Source: Halocafeteria seosinensis (Eukaryota). From it: a stretch of 64,000 bases of DNA. Position 1 is the stretch's first letter, and every line of letters starts with the position of its first letter. Location: the NCBI GenBank assembly GCA_001687465.1, contig LVLI01000198.1, positions 1 to 64,000 of the forward strand, written 5' to 3'. Both the position numbers and the translations under genes were made by a program. Positions 36,278 through 50,612 of this stretch are shown here, piece after piece. Under the pieces are notes generated by a model. That model did not search any database, was not told where the DNA came from, and saw only the letters and a program-made list of their open reading frames with translations.

Positions 36278-36970
36278 ATGCAGAGCCGAATCAAAACAAG
36301 GAAACGCAGAGACAACCAGGTTGATTCTCAACGACGAACTCATGAGGCCAATGATGCCATTGCGCCACGTGCCTCCGATACGAAACAGCTCCGCGGTGCA
36401 CTGGATGAGCAAGTAAACTACAACCAGACAATCCGATCAAGAATCCAGCGGAATGCTCTGTATCTGCAACACCTGGATGGGGAGATCTTGGCCAAACACC
36501 GCATCGCCCTTCCTCAACGATCACGGACTAATCAGTCTACTACTGGTACCGCAGCAGCTGGTACATGTACGTCGAGTCTGATATCCCTTAGACAGCGTGA
36601 GCAACTACTAGCGAAAACAGTGAAACAGCTCACGCAAATTCGCGAGCGACTCACGCCGTATGCTATGGATCGAAAGGATTCAGGCGAAACGAGCAGCACC
36701 ACGGAAGAGACGTTTGAGTTGCCCAGTAGCTGGAAGAGTGCCACGGAAGACCTGGGGAAGCGGCAGTTTGGCAATGCTTTAGAGGCAGGTGATTCGATGA
36801 TTGATGTGGCACCTTCCAAAAGGGGAAATTCTCCTGGACCCGAAACGCAATGGGACCTGGGTCAAGTTGGAAGGCCTCCAAAGTTGGCTCGGAAGAGCAC
36901 CCTCTATGCCTCTGGAAGAAAGCCACCGCAAAGAAGGACTACAACACGTCGGCGAAAGCTTTACAAATAA
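36278..36970 (+). CDS. Hypothetical protein with coiled-coil N-terminus
   Basis: 230-codon ORF with a helical pattern; no motif recognised. Confidence 0.45.
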   Translation: MQSRIKTRKRRDNQVDSQRRTHEANDAIAPRASDTKQLRGALDEQVNYNQTIRSRIQRNALYLQHLDGEILAKHRIALPQRSRTNQSTTGTAAAGTCTSSLISLRQREQLLAKTVKQLTQIRERLTPYAMDRKDSGETSSTTEETFELPSSWKSATEDLGKRQFGNALEAGDSMIDVAPSKRGNSPGPETQWDLGQVGRPPKLARKSTLYASGRKPPQRRTTTRRRKLYK

Positions 36971-38149
36971 ACATGAGTGACTGTTCATTTGCTTATCCGG
37001 ACAGGATAATGGACCGATTCGGCACACTGACATGGTTTTAAGAAAGAAGGAATATCTTCCTATACGTATAATGGGGTCCTACCTGAGTCCAGAGGAACTA
37101 CTGAGACTAGTCTGTAGGCTATAGCACACATTTCTTCTTTTGCGTTTCCTTGTCCAGCAATAGTCGGCGCTCCCCTTCAACAAGTGTTGATTGAATCTGA
37201 CGTCCCTTCTTACGACATATCACATGTAATCGCGTGGGGTTGTCATAAATACTAATGACAGGACTCGAAAGAGAAAACTGGCCGTTTCATACAGTACGTA
37301 GCAGCATACAGGCTGCCTACTTCACAGACGGGAATTGGAGTTCTATACCGGCTCATGTTTATTCTTGTCATTTGGGTTTATTGGTTCGAGAACCCGCATA
37401 ATTCATATTTTCTACCTGTTGTCATCTTTTAACTCTCCGCTGGGAGCTCCAATTGCCGGGTCGCGAGAGCTTGGGATAAAAGCGCTGAGCAATTAACTTA
37501 TTCAGGAGTTGAAAGTTTATGAAGGACAAAAGCCAGTCTTGATTATTGCACACGGTCTGAGGGTGATCCGGAATGTAGATAGAAATGCTCTTCCTGCCAA
37601 TGATGATTACTTTGAGGGCGACTGAAGTTCTTCAAAGGGAAGTGGACTGCTGCGGTTCGCTGTCGAAACTGCACCTCTGTATCCGGATTCCAGTGTACAA
37701 CTTTTTATACAAGTACAACCGTGAGAACTTACAGGCTGTTAAGTTAGGGCCACCTTCATTACAGGCTGTTTAATTTAATTTACAGCTCTGAAGGTCTTCA
37801 AGCGTTATTTATTGCGACTCCTTGTGGACTTACCGGTATACTATACACCTATAGCAATACATATGTAGTGCGTGTGATTCTTCTCATCTGAATTGTTCGT
37901 ATTCAGTAATTATACAATTATTTGCTAGAAAAAGAACATACATCCTGTGTGACTGAATGGTATGGTTTACTGTGTGTAGCGCATGATGCCATGCAAACGC
38001 TGAATGCGACGAGTCGGTCGCGACGTCGCAGCTTGCAGTTGGGTAGACAGATTCCATTCACTGGTCCATATTCATAGCGGTGGACACGACCCCGCCCTAC
38101 AGACTGTCTCTGGGAGGATTAATCCACGCACTTTTCGCCGTCTGTGAGC

Positions 38150-41100
38150 ATGGAGAGCCCGAAATACGTCGGGGACCCGTCCTGGCACCCTGTCAGCGAT
38201 GGTACGTTTAGAAGTGGAAAAGGCCATACAGAGGTCTTCCCGGGTTCCATCGCTGATGATGGTGATGGAGAGCCGTACGAGAGTGATGAAGACGTCATAA
38301 GTGAAGGCGATGAAGTCGTAGATGCGCACAATTGTCGTCTCAAGAAGTTGACCAGGCTCCCGTTAGGGCTCAGAACTCAGGTATGCGCACATGTATATGT
38401 CTTACACCAAGCACATATGAGAAACGCATGTCATGTCTAAGCATGCTAATTTCACTTCGTTTGAATGAATTACAAAGAGTGGCGTTTGGGTTTGCAGATT
38501 GTCTTTGTTCACAGTAATCCGTTACAAGACCTCGGTGCGCTATCCCTCTGTCGCAATCTTCGAAAATTGGTATGTTTGTTTCATATAATAACAGTGTATC
38601 CTTCCAGTTTTTTAAAGAGTTGTTGAACGCATGTCTGGATTGACAGGACTTGGCGTTCTGTCAGTTAACTGATTTGAACGGTCCTCGTTCCCCAGGGTCT
38701 TCCAACCAGGAAGCACCACGTGCTCAGTGGACTTGGGGAGCACTTAGCCAGCTCGAAGTTCTGTACCTTCACGGAAATAAGTTTTCTTCTGTCAGCGCTC
38801 TATTGGGTATCGAAGAGCTCGGAAGTTTGCAAATCCTTACTGTATACAAAAATCCTTTCCGAGAAGCCCTCCGCACACCAGTACGAACGCGAAGGCACTG
38901 GTACGCCGCGGACTACGAAGAACTGGACGATGTCGCAGCTGTATCAGCTTCTCATCCAAAACTTAGAAAGTCAATTCTCGCGAAGACTCCGGCATCCCTG
39001 CTTTCGTTGGATGGAGAACTTGTCTCGCCCTCTACCAGAAATGACGAGCAAGCGCAAGCATCTTTTACATTGGAATCCAGCAGTTCGAAGCCGAAACTCC
39101 CTGCTCCGCAGTTTCATGCCGGTGCGTCCGCATCCCAACACCTGCATGCGTTAGCCGCTGAGCTCTCCATTGTAAGACAGAAATATGCAGAAATATATGA
39201 AACATACCCCGTGTCTTCCTCCCATCAGAGATCCCGATCCTCGCGTTCTCGCCAGCGATCGAGGCGAGAGCGTTCCCAAGTAAGCGGTCAGCAAGAGAGA
39301 GAACTGTCAAAGGAAGAAGTTGGGCGAAGCATGACGAAAATTCAGCGAATTTTCAAGCTAGGGAGATGGCGGCGAGGTGTGCTGCAAGACATTCAGGAAT
39401 ATGTACGTACCAGCATTAACGACGTGTCGTCATTTTCGTTGGACGAGAGAAGGAGAGAAAGAGCGAGAAGAAAAATCTGGCGTTGCGTTAAGAGCTATTT
39501 GACATATATAAAGCAAAAGAGGGCATCCAGCAAGATACAGAAAGTGTGGCGAGGTTACTCAGCCCGCATCCAAACCATCGATCTCTATTTAAGGGAACGG
39601 GAAGCTGCTCCTGCATACGATACTTATAAATATCAATCTATAAGCCTGATGCGGCAGATGGCGAAGCTTTGTGCAGTCACGTATGGGGCAGATACGAGTA
39701 CGTATACACGGTTATCTGTACTCTTTTTTGTGTTGATGGTATCATCATCTTAATCAATGCAGACGAAGGGGAGGCCGACGGCAGTATGACAAAGCAACCT
39801 AGTACACTAACTCGGTCAATTTTCTTCAGGAAGAAGCATAAGGAAATTGTTGAAAGAGCAGTGAAGATGGCAGTTGCCGTCCGGCGTCAATGGATGGGCG
39901 TGATTGACCCAGCTGGAGACGAATGGGACGATGGAAAGGATAAACCCAGCGAGGAAGGGAGTGAAGGGTTTGATGAAGGGTCGTCTTACGCATCGTCTGA
40001 AGAAGATGAGGAGCAAAAAGCTGCGGTGATTAAGTACAATGCAACCGTAGCCGCTGAGACTGACGTTAGTCCAGTATTGGAAAGTACATATGCCTTATCA
40101 TTTGCACAAGAAAATCTGCACAAAGACGAGCCACAGTTCCAAACGTCGCACGCACATATATTGGGCAGCTGGCCAGGACGTGCACCGTCTCCTATCTATT
40201 CTCGCTCGGGACTCTCGATTGCTTCCATCAACGCGGAAAAGTATACGCACCCGCACCGCCCATTCTTTCAGAACACAAGGTGGTTTTCTCAGTCCCAATT
40301 GGCTGAGTTCGCCCCATCTCTAGGGAAGGGAAAGCGAGTGCAAATTCAATACTCTTCGGGAATTACTCCTCAGAACAGTTCTTCAACGTTTAACAGCAAA
40401 TTTGAGTCCAGTGAATCGAGCGTTAATCCTGGTATAAACATGTATCCGCGGCCGCAAAGTTGCTATGTGAGCCTGGTTGGGGAATGGGACAACATCCATG
40501 CCAATCCTATCATATGCTTCCGCTGCAACAAGAAAGTAAAGGAAGGAAAGCGACGTCGTCGCAGATCCTCCCAGGTGAGGCGCTATAGCGTTACGTATTT
40601 TATGACAGAGGTGGACGAATTTGTCGATTCCTTGGCACTGTCAATGCATGAAAGAGTGCCATCGTTCATTCGATTTCATAGAGTTTCAAAAAGTGTCGCT
40701 GAGACTTTACGTACGTTATCTCCTCGAGTACCCAATATTTCGCCTTCGGAGAGACTTCGAATTCAAGATAAACTGACGAAGGAACACGCAAAATCAACGG
40801 AGGAGACGTATGGTGAAACACTGTTGGCCCTTACAGCACCATCCTCGAGATTTCTTGCCCGTGTGTTAGTAAAACTCCCTTACGTAATATCGAAGATGGG
40901 AGTCGATACATCCGATGAACCCATTGTTCTTCCCGCGGATGCTGTCGAAATATCTGCGGCAGCTACAAAAGTCCAAGCCTTCTGGAAAAATGTCTACTAC
41001 AAACATTCCCTCAAACCTCCGTTTTCGCATCAATTACGAGAGAGGAGAGTGGCGAAGTGTACACAGCGATACTATAGGGCCCGAATGATGAAACGGCGAT

Positions 41101-43382
41101 TACAAATGCTGGCTGCAGTTGGCCGGCACACTCGGGAAATCAGCAGCCCGGTCCTATTCGTTGAACAGCCAACGCTGTTATCTCTTGCAGGTGCTGCTGC
41201 AGGCATCCGAGGCTACGGTGACAGTATTTGGAAGCGGTGGCTATTGCAAAGATTAGATGACGATGTGGTCGACCAATATCCTGGTGTATGGACCTTGCGC
41301 CACGTGCCCGTCGAAACTCTCACCGCGCAGGAGCAGCTAGTGTTGATTGGATCAATCATTGAGAGAGGGAAGAGGACATGGGCACAGTATCCTACTCCGG
41401 AGCACCGCTTGAGCTGGCATTTTGAGCGCTCTGATGAGTTGGATGAGGAATACGAAAATCGGGCCAAAGGATTGGAGACGAATATTAGATTGTGTTTGGT
41501 ATCACCGCAGATGAAACCGCCTCAATGGCGAGACAGACGAGTGGGACTATCCAACTGGGTGCTGCCGGAAAAGACGGATTACTGGAGAGATGAAGAAGAT
41601 GTCCTTCAATCATGCGAAAGTGTCGAGGCCTCAAGCTTCGGCAATGCTTTCGATGGCGAAGTAGACGAAAGTCGGGGACAAGGCCGATGTTTAAACAGTG
41701 ACATTAAGGACGTAGCTTATGGGAGTATGTTTGAAGAAACAGTTGACCCACTCGTAGCGCTAGTACCGATCTTGAGTGTTGGCACCTTAACACAGGCTTT
41801 AAATTCGATTGTTTACAAACCGAAGTTTAGTGACAAAGTTTATGACTCTGTCTATGACCATATTCGTCGAACGGAAATTGAAGAAGCTTGGAAGAATTTC
41901 CCCAACTGGGCGTCTTTGGGCTTCAAGTTGTATGCGATCAAGTTTCCGAGTATTTCGGAGGCGCGGAAACGAGCTGCTATCTTAATGATGCAGACATGGG
42001 ACAGTAGGATTGGCTCGGGAGCTACGCTTCTCACTCACGAAATGCTTGAGGAGGCTTGGGAAAGAAGAACCGGCGGGAATACACACCCAGGAAGATTGTC
42101 TCATTTGTCGACTTGTTGCTTGCCTACTCCATGGGCCGAAGAGAACATACGGAGCTCGTTCAGACTATATGATTCCTTGCCTGTACTTCTTGAGTATCTA
42201 ATGAAGAAAATGTACAGACGGTTTGGTAGATGGAAACTCCATAAGAGACAAAGTAGAGGGGAGATTTTGCGGAATGTACAAGTTTTGACAATGGCACCAG
42301 AAAGAACGTCACACAGACCTGATGATGAGCGAAAGCACAGCGGTTTCGTGGCAGAGGACGCTGAGGAAAACCTACTCCGTTCGTATTCGAGAAAGCACTC
42401 TTCTAGAAAAGAGCAAAAAGATAGCTCCGCCCATTTGCCGGTGGCTCAAATTGATCTGGAGCCTTTGCCCGTTAAGGAAATTAGACGGCAGCAAAACCCG
42501 GGTTACAGTCACAAGTTACTAAGTTCAACTGTTCCTCTTGAGTATTCTTCCGCTCCTTCCAAGGAGCCTGAAACGAACCCCACACTTCCACCAAAGGAGC
42601 AGCGACAACCCGCCTCTCACTCTCTGTCTACAACAAAGATTGAGCGGCAGGAAAAGCCCACAAAGAAGAAACAGTTACTCCAAAGCACCTCAGAAAAAAC
42701 GCTCCCGGATCATCGTCGAGGGAAGAAAAGCACCGGTCAAAGCAGTTCCGCCAAAATACTTCCTGACCGCACGTGCACATATAGCGACCGAAAGGATAAA
42801 GAGGCGGAAAATGACAGTGAACTCCATCGAACCCTTAAGGCCAGACATAGAATAAGTTCTGTACATGCGTGGGGCCAACGAACGGCGGAAACTGCTTCAA
42901 GTGGACCTTTGTCACGAGGAACAGGGACTTCGTTGTCCTCTGGAAATGCAAGAACTGTCTCCAAGGCAATGCAACAACGCGTGGAAAAGGAGAAAGACAA
43001 AATGTTACAAAAGACTCGACGAGAATCTCAGGAAGCATTAGAGCAATCCCATATTAATGAATTACGCGAGAGTAGCAAGAGACATGCTGAACGGAAGAGG
43101 CTGCGCAAGAGAGAAGAAGCAACTATGGGACGCTTCTTGGTTGGATGCAACACGATCACTCGCCATCAGTCCCACGCGTTGACGCGCGAAGCTCAGGCGG
43201 AATCCAAAGCAGAGCGAATCACCGAAGGGCAAAAGCATAAAGAGGCGACACCCCTTTCACCTGGCAATTCCTATCACCGACTTGACTCCTCGCGGAACAG
43301 TGTACCACGATCAGAATCCGGCCGTCTTGGTTCAGTATCGACAGTCGGCCGACGATCTCGTGGACCACCCTTACGAAAGTAG
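38150..43382 (+). CDS. Large LRR + IQ-motif protein; exons ~38150-38380, 38499-38569, 38648-39698, 39763-43382
   Basis: LRR motifs (LEVLYLHGNKF, LQILTVYKNPF, LLSLDG) and IQ motifs (KIQKVWRGYSAR, KVQAFWK). Intron 39699-39762 joins the two long ORFs in phase. Confidence 0.75.
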
Positions 43383-43771
43383 TTGCGGCTTAATCCGCGT
43401 CCTGTAGATCTGTGCGCTTGTCCTTGTTCTCCCGGGAAAAAATTTAACAACCTACTGGTGTCGTACATGTACAGTCACCTGTAACTCCCGGGTCCCGGCG
43501 GGGCCACTTTCACGACCACGACCTGGATTAACTCTGCTAGTTAGACTACTGTAGCTTTATTTGTTACTTTTGGAATAGTCATTTATTGGTATCCTTGTGT
43601 TTAAAGCCGTCAATTTGTTGCTACTTGATGTTCCTCTTTACTGAGCCTCTCTCTACCTCTCATTTGACTGCATAGAATGAATGTTATACCCACATTTGCA
43701 ATAGTATCCATATGGTTTAGTTTAGTGAGCTAGTGGGAGAGAGAGAGAGAGAGAGCAAGCGATTGGTGAAA

Positions 43772-44946
43772 ATGAGCCCCAGCTCGGACAAGGAGGAGGA
43801 GGGGCAGGAAGGGGCCTTGGGGGCTTCATCTTCCTCCTCATTGGATGGCGGCGTCCAGATAGAGCCCAGAGGGACTAAGTTCATTGCAGGTGCTCTAGGA
43901 GGGTCTGCCAGTGCGTTTGCTTTGTCCCCATTCGACGTGGTTCGAACGAGAATGCAAGTCCAAGCCACGCTGCCGGCGACCGTAGGGGCCAATTATCATA
44001 CGATATCGGCCTGTGTACGTAGTATATGGAAGCAAGAAGGCGTCAGAGGCTTTTATCGAGGCTACATCATTGCCAGTGTACTGGTCCCCTCGTTCTGGGC
44101 GATTTACTTCCCCCTATATGAAGCACTGAAACCTGTCATGCACACACAGTGTCAGCACGTGTTCAATGCACAGAGTGATACTCGTCAAGTGGAGGATACC
44201 ACCGGTATTGACTGGAAAGGAGAGGTGCTACCTCAAGCTTCAGCTGCAGGAATTGCCGGTCTTGTAGGAGATATTGTCACGTACCCTATGTGGACTGTCA
44301 GAACGAGACTCCAGACGAACTACCTGCATGAACTGTCAATGAGACTCATGGACCCAGAAACATTTGGCAGTGCCCCGCGGAAACGAAAGATTAGGCTGTC
44401 GACTACAATGGTGTCAACAATCGTCCAGGTGTATAAGGATGGAGGAATCCCAAACTTTTATCGAGGGCTTCCTGCTGCACTATTTGGTAAGCTCATTTCG
44501 ATGCCACGTCTCGTCAAAACACTTCCAGACTTTTCCGATTGCTTTGATGAACAGGTACTTTGCATACTGCTATCCAGTTTCCGATATATGAAATGCTGAA
44601 GCGTAGACTACACTCAGCTGCCGAGGAAAAATACCCTTCCACTAATGAGAAAGCTCGATTTGCCGCAGTTATGATCGCGTCGAGTTCTGTCTCTAAACTG
44701 TTTGCGTCAGTGTTCACTTATCCGTTTGAATTGGTACGATCGAGACTACAAGATGACCGCGCCATCGGAAGTAGGCCTTGCCGATATCGCAGTAGCTGGC
44801 ATGCTTTTGCTGATATTTGGAGGAAAGAATCTTGGAGAGGTTTCTACAGCGGCTTTAATGTTAACTTAGCTCGAACTTTGCCAGCATGTGCAATTACCTT
44901 CACTACCTACGAGTTGGTGTCCTATTGGATGAAACGAAGTTCATGA
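43772..44946 (+). CDS. Mitochondrial carrier (SLC25; NAD+/folate-carrier-like); intron 44487-44554
   Basis: Three carrier signature motifs (PFDVVRTRMQ, PMWTVRTRLQ, PFELVRSRLQ). WAIYF and the W in repeat 2 are typical of the NDT1/SLC25A32 group. Confidence 0.88.
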
Positions 44947-45391
44947 AAAAGATGGATTCGGCTGCAACGCGACAAGGAGTTGATGTCCAATGACCACAAG
45001 ATTTAGTTAGCGTGCAGGCCACATAGGGTGGTCCAATCTCTGCACTGTGAAATACAGGAGCCCATTCTGTGTTTTTTGTTAGAGACACGCAAAGCGTCCG
45101 TAAAGTCAAAAATTGATAGTGACTATGAGGTATCCAGCTGGGGCTGCAGATAGCGGATCTGCCTGCGAATGTGTTCGACGGTCAACCCAACTACACATCA
45201 CACACTTCAAGCGTGTGTCTTGGGACAGGATCTTTACTGTCAAATTTCATTGGTATATATGTGTTGTATTCTCTTCTTAAATAGTTGTGTTGTGTGGATC
45301 TATTCACCGGTGAAAGCATCCGGAGGAGACTGTAAGAGAGCGCAGCATCAGCATCACGCTGACCTGGTAGGAGAACACTACGTTAAGGAAA

Positions 45392-45763
45392 ATGTCCGAT
45401 GGCAGTCCGACACTCAAGCATATCAAATACGAAGTCTTTGGCACTGTCCAAGGTAGGAGGATGTTCGTCATGGCGTAGCAATGGTCTCCGTGCAACAGCA
45501 ATAGTTCTTAGACTCTTCCAGGTGTCTTCTTTCGAGCGCATACGGAGGAGAAAGCGCATAAATTGAACTTAGTCGGCTACGTGTTAAATAGTGCTAAAGG
45601 AACTGTACAAGGTGTTGCTCAAGGTCCTGCGCCCGCTATCGAGGAATTCAAGAAGTTTTTGCAATATGAAGGGTCTCCTGCCAGCAAGATAGAGCGAGCT
45701 GAGTTCCATGAAGAGAAGGAGGTTTCGCAGCTAGAGTATGATAGGTTTAGTGTACGAGGATAA
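45392..45763 (+). CDS. ACYP: Acylphosphatase, copy 1; intron 45453-45521
   Basis: YEVFGTVQG-VFFR, GYVLN, GTVQG and GSP motifs. Confidence 0.93.
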
Positions 45764-45926
45764 GAAGTTCCTCCGTAGAAATACACACGCATACATAGTA
45801 TTACATATAGAGGCCTCCTGTATATCTTCACAAGCTTGTTCGACGGGGGCAGCATATACGACACGTACAGACAGAAGCATAAAGTGTGTTGTTGTTGACA
45901 TAATCTGAATTGCATGCACACCCAAG

Positions 45927-46308
45927 ATGGCGAGCAGATCGGCAGCCCTCAAGCATATTAAATTTGAAGTCTTTGGGAAAGTACAAGGTGAGATATTCTC
46001 GGCTCTCGGTTGAGTGCTATATAGGGTATCCAACGTGCTGTGCTGCTGCTGCTGTGTGCAATACAGGAGTGTTCTTCAGGAAATATACCCAAAAGAAAGC
46101 CCAAGAATTACACCTGGTGGGGTGGGTGAGAAATGCCCCCTCAGGAAGCGTACAGGGAGTTGCGCAAGGCCCAGTACCGGCCATAGAAGAGTTCAAGAAG
46201 TTCCTGCAGTATGAGGGATCTCCTCAGAGCAAGATAGAAAAGGCAGAATTCAGAGACGAAAAGGACATTTCGGAACCCGAGTTCAGCTCCTTTGGTGTTC
46301 GGAAGTGA
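45927..46308 (+). CDS. ACYP: Acylphosphatase, copy 2; intron 45988-46066
   Basis: FEVFGKVQG-VFFRKYT and GWVRN; same intron position as copy 1. Confidence 0.93.
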
Positions 46309-46961
46309 ATGAGTGGCTATACCAGTGCCTATTGTAGCGTATACACGTGATATGCGGATAACCGTGGCATAATCTTAGGTGTATTGATTGCCCCCGAGTT
46401 TGGAAGGTTCTATGTGGGAAGTGACCGCATCGCACCGAGGTTATGTGTCCATGCTGCAAGTGGAGGTGCACTGTCAGTTTGAATTCATGGAGGACTTAAC
46501 TCAATGGCCCTGAATCTAAAACTCCCGCAGCAGACATAGCGTATACGTACCAGTGGGAGAACCACAACGCAAATGTTACGGCATTCACACTGATAACGCC
46601 TCGCGAAGTAGATTTTAACCCGTACATTGTGCCCTTGTTCCACAGCATACATTGTACAGTAGCGGTGTCTGTGTTCGATATTGTATGATATGTCTGCCGA
46701 AGAGACAGGAACTCTGTTTCCAGGTTGCTTGATATTTCACTACCAAGTAGAGGAGGAAGTTAAACACGTTTCAGCGCACCAAACAAGCACCCCTACATTA
46801 TGGTATTTTCAGTGCACGTTTCTCCAGCATGCATATAAGTGATAATCAGGTGCACATTTTTACTAATCGCAGGGGCATGAACTAGTGCATACTCCGGACA
46901 ATATCGCTTTTGTTACGCCTTCATTAGAAACTAAACACTACTTCCCAAGATCGGAACATTA

Positions 46962-49900
46962 CTATCCCTTCTTCGTAGATTTTTTCTTCTTCGTTTTCGA
47001 CGTATCCCCTTTGGCTGCATATCGAGTTGAACGAGCAGGGAGACGAGGCTCACGACCCTGATATTCGCCTCCTTCTTGTGGTGGCACTCCATAATACTGG
47101 TAGGAGGGTTCTCTGGGAGGCGATACTTCATGGGGAGCAGCTTGTACTGGATTAGCGTATCGGTCGGGTGAGCGAGGAGCATTTAGGTGCTGAGCAGGTC
47201 CACCCATCGAAGGTTGACCAAACTGACGTTGGAAGTCATGTACTTTTTGGGCTGCATGGGCTCTTTGAACGTTTTCAAGGAATGATCTTAGAGAAACTAC
47301 GGTGTCTCTTATGCGTAAAATTTGTTCCTCCATAGCAGACATTCGTTGAGATTCCGCATTCTCTATCATATTTACAGAGTCCTCGAGCGATGTTTTAAGT
47401 TTGTCCTTCATTGAATCTCCCAACTGCCTGACCTGTTGCTGCAGCCGTCTGTGAAGAACCGAAGACACATTGTTCGATATCCTTTCGAGGAACTCGTTGT
47501 CATTTATCAAATCTTCCTTTGAGAATCTAGTATCTCGGGTGGGTGATTTGACAACATCCCCATGTTTTTCATTCTCAACTCCAGTAATTATCCGCATTAC
47601 TCTCTTTTCCATGCGTTTCATGGTTGACGTTACGTTGTCCGAAATGCTATCAGCGTATTGCATGCACGTGTCCGCTACTTGCCGGGACCCATCAATAGTG
47701 CTCTGAGAGACACGCTCCATGGCATTTAGTCGATCCCTCAATGAAGCAAGATCATTCCTCATCGTGTTGAGCATAGAGTTCTCGTCGAACAAAGAGTCCA
47801 CACAGTGTCGGAGTTCGACAAAAGCCTGCTGGGTAGATTCTAGTTCATTAGATAACTCGTTGAACCGACCCTGCGTTTCATCTTGTAACGAAATTAAACG
47901 ATGATCAGTTGAGTGTAGACCATCTTTGGTCCTATCGCACTCCTGTTGTAAGGCAGACAAATTCTTTTCCAGTTCTTGGATCGAAGAATGGTGATCTCTA
48001 GAGGCAGCCTTTAAATCAACCACACGTTCATGCGTATCACCGTGCTCTTCTCGAGATACAAACTTTTGATTCATCGTGTCGATGTACGCTTGATGACGCT
48101 GTAACCTATTCGTCATGTCTTCAATGAGATGACTCTGTCGTTGTATTCGCTCATTAGTGTCGTTATTTCGTTGTGTCATCCTTTCGCCCAGCTTATTAAG
48201 GCTTTCTTGTGCCTCACATACTAATTTGTGGTTCTCTTGTCGGATATTCTTAAGTTCCTCATTTACTTTACTAACTTCTTTTTCGATACTCTGTTCCGCT
48301 GTGTCACACTTGTTCTTCAGTCCACTTATCTCATCTTCTACGCTCCGAACTGAGGAGTGTAACTGTTGGCCTTCGCGACGACTCTCTTCACTAATTTCTC
48401 TTATCCGGGTTGCTGCTTCGTTACTTCTTTCCAGTTCTTCTCCTAAGCCTTGGATTCGGCGTTCCAATTCTTCAGCAAATTGGTAAGAAGCACAGTAAGA
48501 AACCTTCTGTTGCACGATATTCTGGCATTCGTGCTCCGTAACAAAACCAGATACTGAGGAATTCACCTTTTCGATTAGTTCTTTCTCACTTCGCTGAAGA
48601 GCTCGCTCCGTAGCCTCCACTTCATCTTCCACAGATGACAACCGGGAATTAATCGTCGTATGGGCTTTCTCCAACTCGGACACCGAATCCTTTACACTAT
48701 CGACTTGCTGTTTCATAGCTTTACCGTCCTCCTGTTGTTTAGATAACTCCCTTGACAGGTCGCCTGTTTGGCTGCGAAATTCTTCAACATTGCAACGCAA
48801 ACTTCGGATATGCTCGTTGGCACCAGATATCTGCCTATCGTTGTTCTTTGATTGTTCATCAATCGAGGCTACTCGGTCCTCCAATTCGGATATACGTCCT
48901 GACTCGGCAACACTTTGAAACTTCCTCTCGTAGTTCTGTTGCAAACTAGAAACAGAAGATTCCAAGTGCTCTATTTTGTTTCGGTGGATAGTCGATTCCT
49001 GCCTCGTTTCACTTCGAATACTCTCAAGAGAGCTGTGTAGGGTGGACTGCTTCTCATTATTCTCGGTCAGCGCTACGCTAAGTCTGTTGATTTCATTTTC
49101 TAAATGCCTCCTTTTGCTCCTCTCTTCCTCTAGTTGCTCTTCTATTTCGCTTAAACGCTTCTCATTATTTCTCCTCTTGCTTCTTTCTTCCTCTAGTTGT
49201 TCTTCTGTTTGGCTTAAACGGTTTTCATTGCTTCTTCGCTGGTTTCTTTCATCTTCCAGCTTTTCTTCTGTTTGGTTCAGTCGATGCTCCATCTGCTCGA
49301 TAAAAGAGATGGTAAGTATATGCGTATAACTTTACTCAGATATTGTAGGACATACCCGCTTCATCATTTCTTCCAACGATCCGACTGTGCTACTTTGCTC
49401 GTTGAAGGACGCCGCCGTGTTTTGCCTCTGCACCGAAGCAAACGTACCAAGATAGGCAAGGAATACCATCTTCACGTCCATGAACCTTACATATTTTTCT
49501 AGGTACTGTTGTTGTAATCGAAGAGCTTCGGACAAGTTTGAAGTCTGGATAGTATCCACATTCTAGTGCAAACATTAGAACCATTGCTTCCAACGAGATG
49601 CGTCTTACCTTGTTTTCCACTTTACCCACTTTGTTGTCAATGTCATCAATGCGATCACTGAGAAGCAATGTTTTCGGAAACGAGAGAGAATAAATAGTAT
49701 GCGCAATCCTACAGCTGGTAGCTAGTCAAAAACTCATACCTGTGGCCTTGAACGGTCAAGACAGCTGAGGAGACTCGCTCCAACTGTACCTCCAAAAACG
49801 ACATGTATGCGCCCCTGTCCGTCAAGAGCTTCTGAGAAAGCTCATCATTGCTATTCGAAGCACGATCTAGCTGCATAATAAAGGAGGTAAGGAGACCCAG

Positions 49901-49979
49901 TAGCTTTTTGACTCGTCCGAATTCTTGCACTTACAGCTTTCCTCTGATTGAATTGCTTCGCATACCCTTCAGACGACAT
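46962..49979 (-). CDS. Long coiled-coil protein, multi-exon
   Basis: First exon MSSEGYAKQFNQRKA splices to LDRASNS...AYMSFLEVQLERVS; the terminal exon is a 776-codon heptad-rich ORF. Confidence 0.7.
49101..49289 (-). repeat. Three 63-bp (21-aa) coding tandem repeats
   Basis: EHRLNQTEEKLEDERNQRRSN / ENRLSQTEEQLEEERSKRRNN / EKRLSEIEEQLEEERSKRRHL. Confidence 0.85.
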
Positions 49980-50612
49980 CGTACAAGTACGGTACAATCG
50001 TTCGAATGCGCTTACAAGGACTGGTGGCCCTCCAAATGATGTGAATACGCCTTTATTTAGGTAGCGTTAACGGCAGTCTCTCCCGGATATTAGCTGCCCC
50101 ACCGACCGAAGAATCGAGCGCCAGACGCCGTCCACTCTGGTCCTTATAGACACACGTTCACACCGCATCAAATAGACCAATGACGGCATCTTCACCTGTA
50201 TACTGAGTGTACTGCAATGCCCCATAAACTTCCACCGTGCTTTGTGAAGCTCGTCAAATGACAACTTCACAAACATGGCGATTGACTCATCGGATTGAGG
50301 GTCGGCAAGGGAGTGGACGACCACCGCATGGTTAGGTTAGCTGGTGTCACAAAACAAAAAAAGCTGTACTGGTACTGCCCATAAAATGAGCTAGATAATT
50401 TCAGGCATTGAAGAGAGAGCAACCAAGCAAGAAGCTGAAGAAGTGTTACACTAGGTTGTACCAGGTTGTACCAACCATCTGTTCAAAAATGCTTGACAAA
50501 TATCCCATTAGCCGTAAATATCATTATTAGTGCTACTACTATCATTAAAGTACTTCTCCCAGATTATTCTATGCGCAACCCCTCATGGGTTTTCCAAGTG
50601 GTATACCGGAAC

